Shown here: positions 31,257 to 39,695 of the stretch, in pieces
Numbering within the stretch: position 1 is the stretch's first letter
Layout: each line of letters begins with the position of its first letter
NCBI GenBank assembly: GCA_965248925.1
Contig: CBDFLE010000006.1
Coordinates: 1,024,001 to 1,088,000 of the forward strand
Reading direction: 5' to 3'
Length of the DNA stretch: 64,000 bases
Source of the DNA: Candidatus Multivoradales bacterium
Lineage (GTDB): Bacteria; Acidobacteriota; Thermoanaerobaculia; Multivoradales; J023
Notes under the pieces: generated by a model
The model's input: the letters and a program-made list of their open reading frames with translations, nothing else
Databases searched by the model: none
Told to the model about the DNA's origin: nothing
Made by a program: the position numbers and the translations under genes

Positions 31257-33036
31257 GGCTTCGCGCCGCCGCTCGGCTCATGCCGAATCAGAGCAAGCAG
31301 GGCGGCGGCAAGTTGACATCTGTCGTCAACTCAAGAGATTCAGGGTTGAGTCTGATGCGATGTTTAGCGTAAATTTGTCATTGATGAGCGACTTCAACGG
31401 CGCTGCAGCGGTCGGCGAGTTCTTCGGTAGGCTGTTGTCAAGAATGCGCAATGTTTTGCGACCTACCTAACGGACCAGCGCCCTCGCCCAACCGCAGCTT
31501 CACCCACGCCCAGGGTTACCTGGTGGCGGTGCCGGGCTACGCTAGTTCGCTGACCTACCATCCAAGCGGTATGATCGCCAACGTCGTGCATAGCAATGGC
31601 CTCACCGATGTTTGGGACGAAGATCTAGGCCGACCCCGGCCGAGCAGGATCAGTGTTACCGGCACGGTAGCCACCAGCTTGGGTGATCATAGTTACGATG
31701 GATCCGGAAACCTGGTCCGCCGCCGCTTTGCCGGCGTCTTCGACGATCATTACACCTACGACGGCTTGAACCGAATCAAGGTCTTCGAAGATTCCTCCGG
31801 CGACCAAGGCTATCAATACGATCCGTTCGGCAATCTAACCGGCATCACCGGGGTCAACGGCCGCACCCTGGCCACCAACCGCGCCACCAACCGGCTCAGC
31901 GGCGCGGTAGTATATGACGGTCGCGGCAACATCCTCGCCTGGGGCTCGCAGCTTTACTCCTACGATGCTTTAGGCATGATGAGCACCCGCAACTATCCCG
32001 AAGACACCTACATCTACACCGCCGACGAAGAGCGCCTGTGGACCTTCCACTGGCAGGGCTCCTTCGAGAGCCTGGTCGAGACCTGGACCGTCCGCGATCT
32101 CGACGCCAAAGTGCTAACGATCTTCGAGAATCCCAAAGGCACCACCCCTTGGAGCTTTCTCAAGGATTACGTTTACCGCGGCGGCCAGCAGCTGGCCGCC
32201 GACACCCACTTGGCTAGCCCTCGGTCGCGACAGCACTTCAGCCTTGACCACTTGGGCAGTGCCCGACTGACCACCGATCGCAACGGCACGCCGATCTTCA
32301 GCCACAATTACTACCCCTATGGCGAAGAAGTAGGTGCCGCCTTCGACTCCGAGCAACTCAGGTTTACCGGCCATGAGCGGGACTTTGCTGGCGGGACCTA
32401 TGATTTGGACTACATGCACGCTCGGCATTGCAGCCCGCAGTTGGGTCGGTTCTTGAGTGTGGATCCGATACTGTCATCCGACGTACAGAGTCCTCAAAGC
32501 TGGAACCGCTTCGCCTACGCTTTAGGGAACCCACTAGCTTTCATAGATGAAGATGGTCTCGAAGTAACCTACTCCACTGAGAACCTGCGGAAGTTCTACG
32601 AGAAAGCCGCTGCAAAGAACTCTCTAGCTGCCGCGACGTTGGAGCTGTTTTCGGGTGACCTGAACCTGGCAATCCGGGAGGTCTCGGGTAGCCTTGGGAC
32701 AGCCGAAGGGCAACTTATAGCAGGGGAATTCGTGGCCACGTTGACCGATGTCTCTTACGATGGGAACATCGATGAGATGGATGCAAAAATTAAACAAGGA
32801 GCAGCTGTTTTCTTTGACTCTACTCCAGAGTACGTCACTGGAGTGACGTACTCTAAAAACACAACGATAAGCCTAGTCAAGGCTGCTGATGCCCAAGCAA
32901 AGCTTCATGAGTTGGGGCACGCCGATCAGTTTGCTAGAGACCGGTTGCAGTTCTTTAATGATTCCCACAAAGCAACAAGGTCTAATAGGGCGCGCAACAA
33001 ACAGCCTGGCGAAATGTACGCGACCAAGTACTCTAA

Positions 33037-34567
33037 CTCTACTTTGTCAGATTCCCAGAGCCGGGAAATGTCCCGTCTCGCGCCCGTCGTTTCTGGTAAG
33101 CAGACCTAGTAGCAGCCTGTCGTCGCTGATGTCGTTGTTCCATGAGATGTAGCACTTCATCAAGGCCAACATCCCGTCTTGGTAGGACCTTGGCCAACAA
33201 GATCTTGAGGTCAGTACAGCTGAGCAAAGGGTGGGTCGATTGATGTTTCTGGCGTTGTTGAAGGAGAAAGAGCAGGGCCATCATGACCAGCGCCATGTGG
33301 TGATGCCAAGCCTTCCAGCTGCGGGCCTGGTACTCGGCCATTCCGGCCTCTCTCTTGGCGTCTTGAAAAGTGCGCTCGATCCAGTAGCGCTGACGCTGGA
33401 TCTGGGCGAGCCGGCCTGCCGGGGTCTCGGCGGGTGCATTGCTCAGGCTGTATTTCAGGCTCGCAGGATCGCTGGGATCGCGGGTCACCAACAGGTGCCA
33501 GCAGCGGGCCGAGGCTTCTCGGCCATCCCACAGCCAGACCATGCCTCGCATCACATCCAGGTGCAACTCGCCTTTCGTCGTATGACGAATCCACTGCCGC
33601 TTCCAAGCCGACTCCGGCCGTTGTGCCAACCAAGCATCCACTCGCATAGGTTTCATCTGGGTAACTCGTCGGCGAGAACGTCCCGACGGCGAAGTCGGAA
33701 TCTTCGGCTTCGGGTCTTCGGCGTAGATGCGTTGATCGCGATGGATATCGATGACGAAGACTTCGCCCGCGTCGTCCAGGCCCCGAAGAAATGCTGGGTT
33801 GTTCCCATAACCACCATCAGCGGCAACCCAACGAAAGCGAAGGCCCTGAGCCCGCGCTCTGTGGACCATCTCAAGAGCCAATTCCGGCTTGGTTTGAAAC
33901 GTTCGTGCCGATTCCGGAACACCCGCTTGACGGCAGCGCTTCGGCGAGTTGGTCCACTCGCGGGGCAGGTACAACCGGGCATCGATCAAGGACGCGCGAT
34001 TGCCGTGACCGAGGCTGGCGAAAACGCCCACCTGACAGCTGTCGGTCTTGCCCCGAGTTCCGCACCATTGCCGGGCCACTCCGACAGATTTCTTCCCCTT
34101 CTTCGGGAAACTCGACTCGTCGATAACCAGGCACGAATCCAGGGTGCCGCCCAGCTCGGCATCGACTCCCGCAGCAACCTGGTCCATAACCTTTTGACTC
34201 TCCCAGTCCGACACCGACAGGAAGTGATGCAAAGCTTGGGAATCGGAATCGGGGACAACTTCAGCCATTTGCAGCATGGTAGCGCATCGCGCCTGCATCA
34301 GGCCGCAAAGATACTGCCCCGCCTGCGGCAGCACACTGCGTGTAAAGCGAGAGAAACAAAGGGCAAAGCCCTGGGCAAAATCCCAGAACTCGCGCCCCAG
34401 ATTTTGGTAGGAAACTGGGGCATCGCTGATCTCCGAACGACTAGGGAACTGGGGGCTCAAGCTGAGCCATGAGTTCCTCCACGGGTTTAGTGACGGCCTT
34501 CATCGGGGCCGACAATACAGGATAAAGCCCTTGTCGTCAACAATTTAAGTAATCTGACAAAGTAGAA
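33037..34567 (-). mobile_element. IS701-family insertion sequence (1531 bp)
   Basis: Terminal IRs (C)TCTACTTTGTCAGATT and AATCTGACAAAGTAGA(A); 4-bp target duplication CTAA at 33033-33036 and 34568-34571, matching the YTAR preference of IS701. Confidence 0.93.
33039..34460 (-). CDS. IS701-family DDE transposase
   Basis: LVIDESSFPKKGKKSVGVARQWCG..GK.DSCQVGV, RLYLPREW, ADGGYG, RYWIERTFQDAK…GMAEYQARSWKAWHHH; the stop codon lies inside the IR. Confidence 0.95.
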   Translation of the reverse strand: MSPQFPSRSEISDAPVSYQNLGREFWDFAQGFALCFSRFTRSVLPQAGQYLCGLMQARCATMLQMAEVVPDSDSQALHHFLSVSDWESQKVMDQVAAGVDAELGGTLDSCLVIDESSFPKKGKKSVGVARQWCGTRGKTDSCQVGVFASLGHGNRASLIDARLYLPREWTNSPKRCRQAGVPESARTFQTKPELALEMVHRARAQGLRFRWVAADGGYGNNPAFLRGLDDAGEVFVIDIHRDQRIYAEDPKPKIPTSPSGRSRRRVTQMKPMRVDAWLAQRPESAWKRQWIRHTTKGELHLDVMRGMVWLWDGREASARCWHLLVTRDPSDPASLKYSLSNAPAETPAGRLAQIQRQRYWIERTFQDAKREAGMAEYQARSWKAWHHHMALVMMALLFLLQQRQKHQSTHPLLSCTDLKILLAKVLPRRDVGLDEVLHLMEQRHQRRQAATRSAYQKRRARDGTFPGSGNLTK

Positions 34568-34751
34568 CTAAGAATGCTGCAAAGCGTGATAAATCTAGAA
34601 AGGGCAAGAAGGCCAAGAAAAAGAAGGGGGATGGGTAACGACACGGAACTTCTTCTGGTTTAGCGTGTTCTGTTGAGCTGCTTGGATCGATTGCATGCAG
34701 GCGAAGGTGATTTGCCAGGAGCTACAAGTAACGGCAATAAGGTGGTTAACG

Positions 34752-35279
34752 ATGCGAAACTACATCAATGTTCTTCTTTTTACTACAGTGCTACTAGTGA
34801 GTCCATTGACGGCAACGTCCGTCATTCGCGATGATCTCGTAGAGATAACAGAGGCTACGTTCAGATTCAGCGCCCACCTGAGTTTCGGCGCTGACGATGA
34901 ACTCAAACCACTGGCACGGAAACTGGATTTGGCCGGAAACGGAGGGCGATTCGAAAAACAGCTGAAAAAATGCGGCGTAACAGTGATTGATGGCGGAGGT
35001 AGTGGTTCAATTCATGTTGATGTCTACTTATGGCCCAGAGAACGTGCCGGCGCGGAAGACGATCGAGTATTGGTTTCCGTCAGTGTCTACGTGACGCGAA
35101 AGGGGTTTGTTGAAAGGGACGCCGGGACAGACCCAGCCTACATCGAGATCTGGAGTCAGTTGAACATCTTTGAACTCGCTAGAGGAGATGTTATCTCCAC
35201 CGTCCTCGGCGAAACTGAAGATTGGCTCGGCATGCTGTGCTCACAAATTAGAGCTGCCAGGGACTATGTCCAACGATAG
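34752..35279 (+). CDS. Putative secreted immunity protein for CT2
   Basis: Follows the restored CT2 stop; signal peptide MRNYINVLLFTTVLLVSPLTA; low GC. Confidence 0.65.
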   Translation: MRNYINVLLFTTVLLVSPLTATSVIRDDLVEITEATFRFSAHLSFGADDELKPLARKLDLAGNGGRFEKQLKKCGVTVIDGGGSGSIHVDVYLWPRERAGAEDDRVLVSVSVYVTRKGFVERDAGTDPAYIEIWSQLNIFELARGDVISTVLGETEDWLGMLCSQIRAARDYVQR

Positions 35280-35482
35280 TAGTGCGTAGAATCGGGGGTT
35301 CGCTAGTGGGACTCCCGACTCTCAGCAGTCGCCGGTCTGGCGGGGCATGGAAATCTTCCGAAGAAGACAGCCTCGCACCCACTGGGAAACGCCCCGCCTC
35401 CCTCACAGCCCGCCGGCTAAGACGGCAACGGGTTTGCGCCTTCTTCGTTGTCGTCAATGCAAGAAGCAGCTGCCTGAAAGGA

Positions 35483-36187
35483 GATCTCGACTACATGCAT
35501 GCCCGGCATTGCAGTCCGCAGTTGGGGCGGTTCTTGAGTGTGGATCCAGCGGTGGGCAGCCGACTCTCCCCGCAAAGCTGGAATCGCTTTGCCTACGTGA
35601 CCAACAATCCGCTGAACTTCACCGACCCCTTCGGACTCCTCCCCTGTGGAAGCTGGGAGTGCGATGGTGTTATCGATGTAGTCGCCGACTTGCCGTCGCC
35701 GAGCGAGTACCTGACGCCCTTCCAAGCCGGTATCGAGTACGAGCTGTTCAAGCGCGAATTTCAGGCACGAAAGAACGGCGACTACCGAGATCCCAACCTG
35801 GCGATCATTCGCGCGGTTGCGGATCAGACGCGGTTCATTGCAGATATCGCCGAGACTGCCACAAGCCTGGTAGTCCCGACTAGTACCGCGGAGCTAGGAA
35901 CCGAGCCGGTGTTTGCGATAATCCCGGGGCCGGTTGACAACATCCTTGGGAGGGCGGCCAAAGGGGGGAGGGCGGCAAGGAAGGGGGTGAGGTCAGCTAA
36001 GCAAACCAAGCTCTCGATTAAGAGATCTGAAGAGGATTTACGTCGCAACAAAGAGTTTCGCCGCTGGTTTCACCGCGAATTCAAACCTAGCCAGAGACAT
36101 TCAAGAGGGCCTCGAAGAAATCCTGAACTCTCAGGAGAGCAGGTTCTTGAGGCTTATGACGAATGGCGGAAACTAGGAGGGCAATGA
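35483..36187 (+). CDS. Orphan Rhs module 3 (short core remnant plus basic alpha-helical CT)
   Basis: DLDYMHARHCSPQLGRFLSVDP…NNPLNFTDPFG, then a CT ending EFRRWFHREFK…NPELSGEQVLEAYDEWRKLGG. No convincing start codon of its own. Confidence 0.85.
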   Translation, partial: DLDYMHARHCSPQLGRFLSVDPAVGSRLSPQSWNRFAYVTNNPLNFTDPFGLLPCGSWECDGVIDVVADLPSPSEYLTPFQAGIEYELFKREFQARKNGDYRDPNLAIIRAVADQTRFIADIAETATSLVVPTSTAELGTEPVFAIIPGPVDNILGRAAKGGRAARKGVRSAKQTKLSIKRSEEDLRRNKEFRRWFHREFKPSQRHSRGPRRNPELSGEQVLEAYDEWRKLGGQ

Positions 36188-36576
36188 TGTATACGGTTAT
36201 CCGATTTACGTCAAACTCTGTGACGCAGAGTGTGTATGAGTGCATCGGATCGGAAGTGAATAGTGTTTTTCCCGGCGCTTACAACGGGCTGCGCCGGGCC
36301 GGTGACGGATTTGTTTGCGTCGTCTCCAGCTCCGACAGCTGGGCAGATCATCGTGCCGCAATCCTGGAGTTTATTCGTGCTGGCCGATTAGCAATATCGA
36401 ATGCACAGCACTTGAACGTTGATGTCAGTTTCGATGTTGCCATCGAGCCGGAGGATTTCTCCGAAACGAACGCCTTGTCAGTCTATGTCGATCCTGAGCT
36501 TAGCAAAGGTCTTACTATGATGGCCGTGTGTCTCGAACTCTCCGTCTATGGAGGTACTTCTGGTAACGACGGGTGA
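36184..36576 (+). CDS. Putative cytoplasmic immunity protein for CT3
   Basis: ATGA overlap with the CT3 stop; no signal peptide; low GC. Confidence 0.7.
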   Translation: MMYTVIRFTSNSVTQSVYECIGSEVNSVFPGAYNGLRRAGDGFVCVVSSSDSWADHRAAILEFIRAGRLAISNAQHLNVDVSFDVAIEPEDFSETNALSVYVDPELSKGLTMMAVCLELSVYGGTSGNDG

Positions 36577-36765
36577 TACTCACGAACGTTGAGCTGCGTG
36601 ACAATTGTGTTACACCTCACCTCCGCCTCGATGGCCCCAATTATCGTGCCACACTCTTGGGCAAGAGCGCCGGTGAGGGCCGCTCTCCGGTCTTGAGAAT
36701 AGCGCGAACGTCGGTGCGCCGCTTGGCTTCATTGATCTCACCACTCGCGGCAGCAAGAGCGAGTC

Positions 36766-37137
36766 GGCGTGCCGGTCGCCGGGCCCGCCGAAGACTTCGT
36801 CGGCCGCGTCTTCTTCCTCAAGCTATTCGGCAACTAGGCTCTTGGCGCGCTCCGAGAACCGACCCGATCGCCTACCGGTCGAGCCGTTGGAGATGGCAAT
36901 CACCGACGTGCTCGACCTCCACTGCTTCCGCCCAAAAGAGATCGGCGACTTGGTCGAGGACTATCTGCGGCTAGCCTGGCAGCAAGGCTTGCGCCGGGTG
37001 CGGCTGATCCATGGCAAAGGCATCGGCGTACAACGCCGCCGCGTGCATGCCATCCTGGAACGCCATCCCCAGGTACTGGCCTGGGGCAATATGCCGCCCG
37101 AGACGGGGGGTTGGGGGGCGACTTGGGTGGAGCTGGG
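36766..37137 (+). repeat. Direct repeat copy 2, right island boundary
   Basis: Encodes GVPVAGPAEDFVGRVFFLKLFGN* (variant tail of the 19170 gene) plus Smr. Confidence 0.9.
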
Positions 37138-37147
37138 GGACGCCTGA
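36842..37147 (+). CDS. Smr/MutS2 C-terminal domain protein, copy 2
   Basis: Same motifs as copy 1; ends directly after GATWVELGDA. Confidence 0.88.
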   Translation: MARSENRPDRLPVEPLEMAITDVLDLHCFRPKEIGDLVEDYLRLAWQQGLRRVRLIHGKGIGVQRRRVHAILERHPQVLAWGNMPPETGGWGATWVELGDA

Positions 37148-37359
37148 AGAGCACACCACCGGTAGACCCAAAATAGACCCGACGGGTGCGGAAAATGACT
37201 TGACTGCGCATAGCCATATGCGTACGCTTCGCCGGTCAGTTGATTCGCATTTTTTTATTGAGAGTCTTTTCGTCACATTTGATCATTTATGTTCTGGGCG
37301 GGTTTTTGAAGCCGTCCACTGGGGAAGTCCCGCACACTTTTTCTTTTGGAGGCTATCCA

Positions 37360-37713
37360 ATGAAGCAACTCACCATTTTCTGCTTCTCTATCGCCTTGGC
37401 TCTAATGCCCGTAGCCGCGTTCGGCCAAGCAGCGGTCAACATCGTCTATCCGATCGACGGTAGTACCTACCCGATTGTCGATATCACGCCCATCGGCGTG
37501 GTCAGCTCGACCTACTTCACCTCCAGCTTCAGCACCACTTGCCCAGGTGGCCAGAACACAGTCAGGTGGGGTTTTGATGGCAACTCGACAGGCTCGGCTA
37601 CTTTCTATGATCAGTTCAGTGCCCAGTTTGTTCACAAGCTGGCTGCTGGCGTTCACACCTTCGATGTCGTCAGCTCCTGCGGCTCCGAGACGGTTACCTT
37701 CAGGATCGGCTGA
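37360..37713 (+). CDS. Small secreted beta-rich protein
   Basis: GGAGG RBS, signal peptide (…PVAAFG|Q), two Cys in the mature part, Ig-like strand pattern. Confidence 0.75.
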   Translation: MKQLTIFCFSIALALMPVAAFGQAAVNIVYPIDGSTYPIVDITPIGVVSSTYFTSSFSTTCPGGQNTVRWGFDGNSTGSATFYDQFSAQFVHKLAAGVHTFDVVSSCGSETVTFRIG

Positions 37714-37875
37714 TAGTAACCTGCCGTGGCGGCATCCTGAAGGGTTGCCGCCACCCGCGGCCGATCCAGCCAACTCGCTGCAGCTAATAGGTGGATCTCC
37801 GGCCGCGGTTGAACGAGTCAGCAACTCGCGCTCGTTGGCAGCCTGACTCTCGACCCCGGCTGCTACTCTAGTCGG

Positions 37876-39690
37876 GTGAAGCCCTCCACTCACCTACTGC
37901 CGCGCTTTGCCCGGCGGGCGCTGGCCATCGGCTGGCGAAGACTACTGCGACCGGCGGTGGACCTGGTCTGGGATGAACGCTATAACGCCGCTTTTCCTGA
38001 TCTACCCAACGACCCTCTAAGGGCCGATCGCATCCTCGCCTTTCTAGCCTCCGAAGGTCTGGTACTGCGGCGCTGTGTGCATCCTCCGCGTGCTGCCTCG
38101 ATCAACGACCTCGAACGCCTGCACGGCCAGGGCTATCTCGACCGGGTGCAAGACACCGGCGCGCTGACCTCGATCATGGGCAGCGAGATCAACCACGGCC
38201 AAGTCGATCGCATCTTGGATCTGCAACGGCTGATGGTCGGCGGCACCCAGCTGGCAACTAGCTTGGCACTACGCAACCGAGCTCTGGCGGTGAACCTAGG
38301 AGGAGGCTTGCACCACGCTCACCGGAGTTCCGGCAGTGGTTTCTGTGTCTTCAATGATGTCGCGGTGGCCATCGAAGCACGGCGGGCCAAAGGCTGGCAC
38401 GGCCGGGTCCTGGTGGTCGACCTCGACCTGCACGATGGCGACGGCACCCGAGCCATCTATCGCCAGGACCCGGAGGTCTACACTTTCTCCATCCACGCTC
38501 GCCATTGGGGTGACACCGAGGCGCTGGCTTCGACCAGCATCGAACTCGGCTCCAAAGTCGACGACGCCACCTATCTCGACGCCATCCGCCGCCATCTGCC
38601 GGCGATCTTCGAGCACCATCGACCCGAACTGGTGTTCTATCTGGCAGGCTGCGACCCGGCCAAGGACGATACTCTGGGTGATTGGCGCATCTCGCCAGCC
38701 GCGATGCTCGAACGCGACCAATACGTCGATCGTCTGACCCGCCAAGGCCGTCGCCGCCTGCCGACCGTCTTGCTGCCCGCCGGCGGCTACGGCCACCAGG
38801 CTTGGCGCTATAGCGCCCGCTTTCTCAGTGGGCTGCTGCGCTTCGGCGGACCCCTCGAACCTCCTACGAGCGAGCACATCGCCCTCAAACGCTACCGTTA
38901 CTTGCAGCGGCTGCTGCGCCGTGAACGCTCCAGTACTCAGACCGACGACTTCAATCTGCGGGCCGAGGATCTGGTGCTTCCCGGCTGGGGGATGCAGCCG
39001 GAGACCCGGCTGCTGGGACACTACACGCGCATGGCGCTGGAGCTTACCCTCGAGCGCAGTGGCTTGATCGACCGCTTGCGTGACCTGGGCTATGCGGCTC
39101 CAGATCTAGAACTCGATCTGCACGACCCTGCCGGCCAAACGGTGCGGATGTGGGACGGCCCCGATCACCACGAGGTGCTGGCCGAGCTTCGGCTGAATCG
39201 CGATCGCCGAAGTTTGACCGGTTTCGAACTGCTGTCGATCGACTGGTTGCTACTGCAGAACCCGCGCGGACAATTCGCAGAGGGCCTCGGGGCCCTCCCC
39301 GGCCAGACCCATCCCGGACTCGGAGTGGTCGCCGATGTAGTCGCCATGCTGGCCCTGGCTGGTGAGCAGTTGCATCTGGACGGACTGATATTCGTCCCTT
39401 CGCAGCTACATGTGGCGAAGCTCGGGCATGGCCACATGCATTTTCTCGAAGCCGCTGCTGAACAACGCTTCAAAGCCCTGCTCGAGGTCCTCGGTGACCT
39501 GTCCACGGCAGCGGCCACTCGGGCTCTTGCCAACGGTAGAGTGATCGACCAGAGCAGCGGCGAGGCGGTTCGCTGGCAGCCGACGGCGATGGTCTTGCCG
39601 ATCAGCAAGAAGCTGCGCCATTTTCTTTCTGCCCGGCCCCCGGTGGCGCTACCCTCACCACCCGCTTTTCGACTCCTCGACAAGGCCTGA
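37876..39690 (+). CDS. Histone deacetylase/AcuC-family protein with an extra C-terminal domain
   Basis: GGGLHHA..SGFCVFNDVAVA, VDLDLHDGDG, YLAGCDP..DD.LG, AGGY. Confidence 0.9.
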   Translation: MKPSTHLLPRFARRALAIGWRRLLRPAVDLVWDERYNAAFPDLPNDPLRADRILAFLASEGLVLRRCVHPPRAASINDLERLHGQGYLDRVQDTGALTSIMGSEINHGQVDRILDLQRLMVGGTQLATSLALRNRALAVNLGGGLHHAHRSSGSGFCVFNDVAVAIEARRAKGWHGRVLVVDLDLHDGDGTRAIYRQDPEVYTFSIHARHWGDTEALASTSIELGSKVDDATYLDAIRRHLPAIFEHHRPELVFYLAGCDPAKDDTLGDWRISPAAMLERDQYVDRLTRQGRRRLPTVLLPAGGYGHQAWRYSARFLSGLLRFGGPLEPPTSEHIALKRYRYLQRLLRRERSSTQTDDFNLRAEDLVLPGWGMQPETRLLGHYTRMALELTLERSGLIDRLRDLGYAAPDLELDLHDPAGQTVRMWDGPDHHEVLAELRLNRDRRSLTGFELLSIDWLLLQNPRGQFAEGLGALPGQTHPGLGVVADVVAMLALAGEQLHLDGLIFVPSQLHVAKLGHGHMHFLEAAAEQRFKALLEVLGDLSTAAATRALANGRVIDQSSGEAVRWQPTAMVLPISKKLRHFLSARPPVALPSPPAFRLLDKA

Positions 39691-39695
39691 AGTCT

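Larger units (their letters stand above)
31451..34638 (+). pseudogene. Orphan Rhs core plus CT2 (HELGH metallopeptidase-like), interrupted near its 3' end by an IS
   Basis: 31476-32467 is a ~1 kb near-copy of 29178-30169, followed by GNPLAFIDEDG and a new CT. Removing the IS and one CTAA restores …YSKNAAKRDKSRKGKKAKKKKGDG* (stop 34636-34638). Confidence 0.88.

Noticed and set aside
31360-31395. dif/Xer-like or attC-like site between Rhs modules
   Set aside because: There is only a partial XerD-like arm, no matching XerC arm, and no equivalent site at the other module junctions.
33035-34569. Alternative IS boundary with an AACT target duplication
   Set aside because: CTAA fits the IS701 YTAR preference and restores an open toxin frame, whereas AACT creates an immediate stop.
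37150-37355. AT-rich leader of the small secreted gene as a possible riboswitch
   Set aside because: No recognisable aptamer consensus or expression platform.
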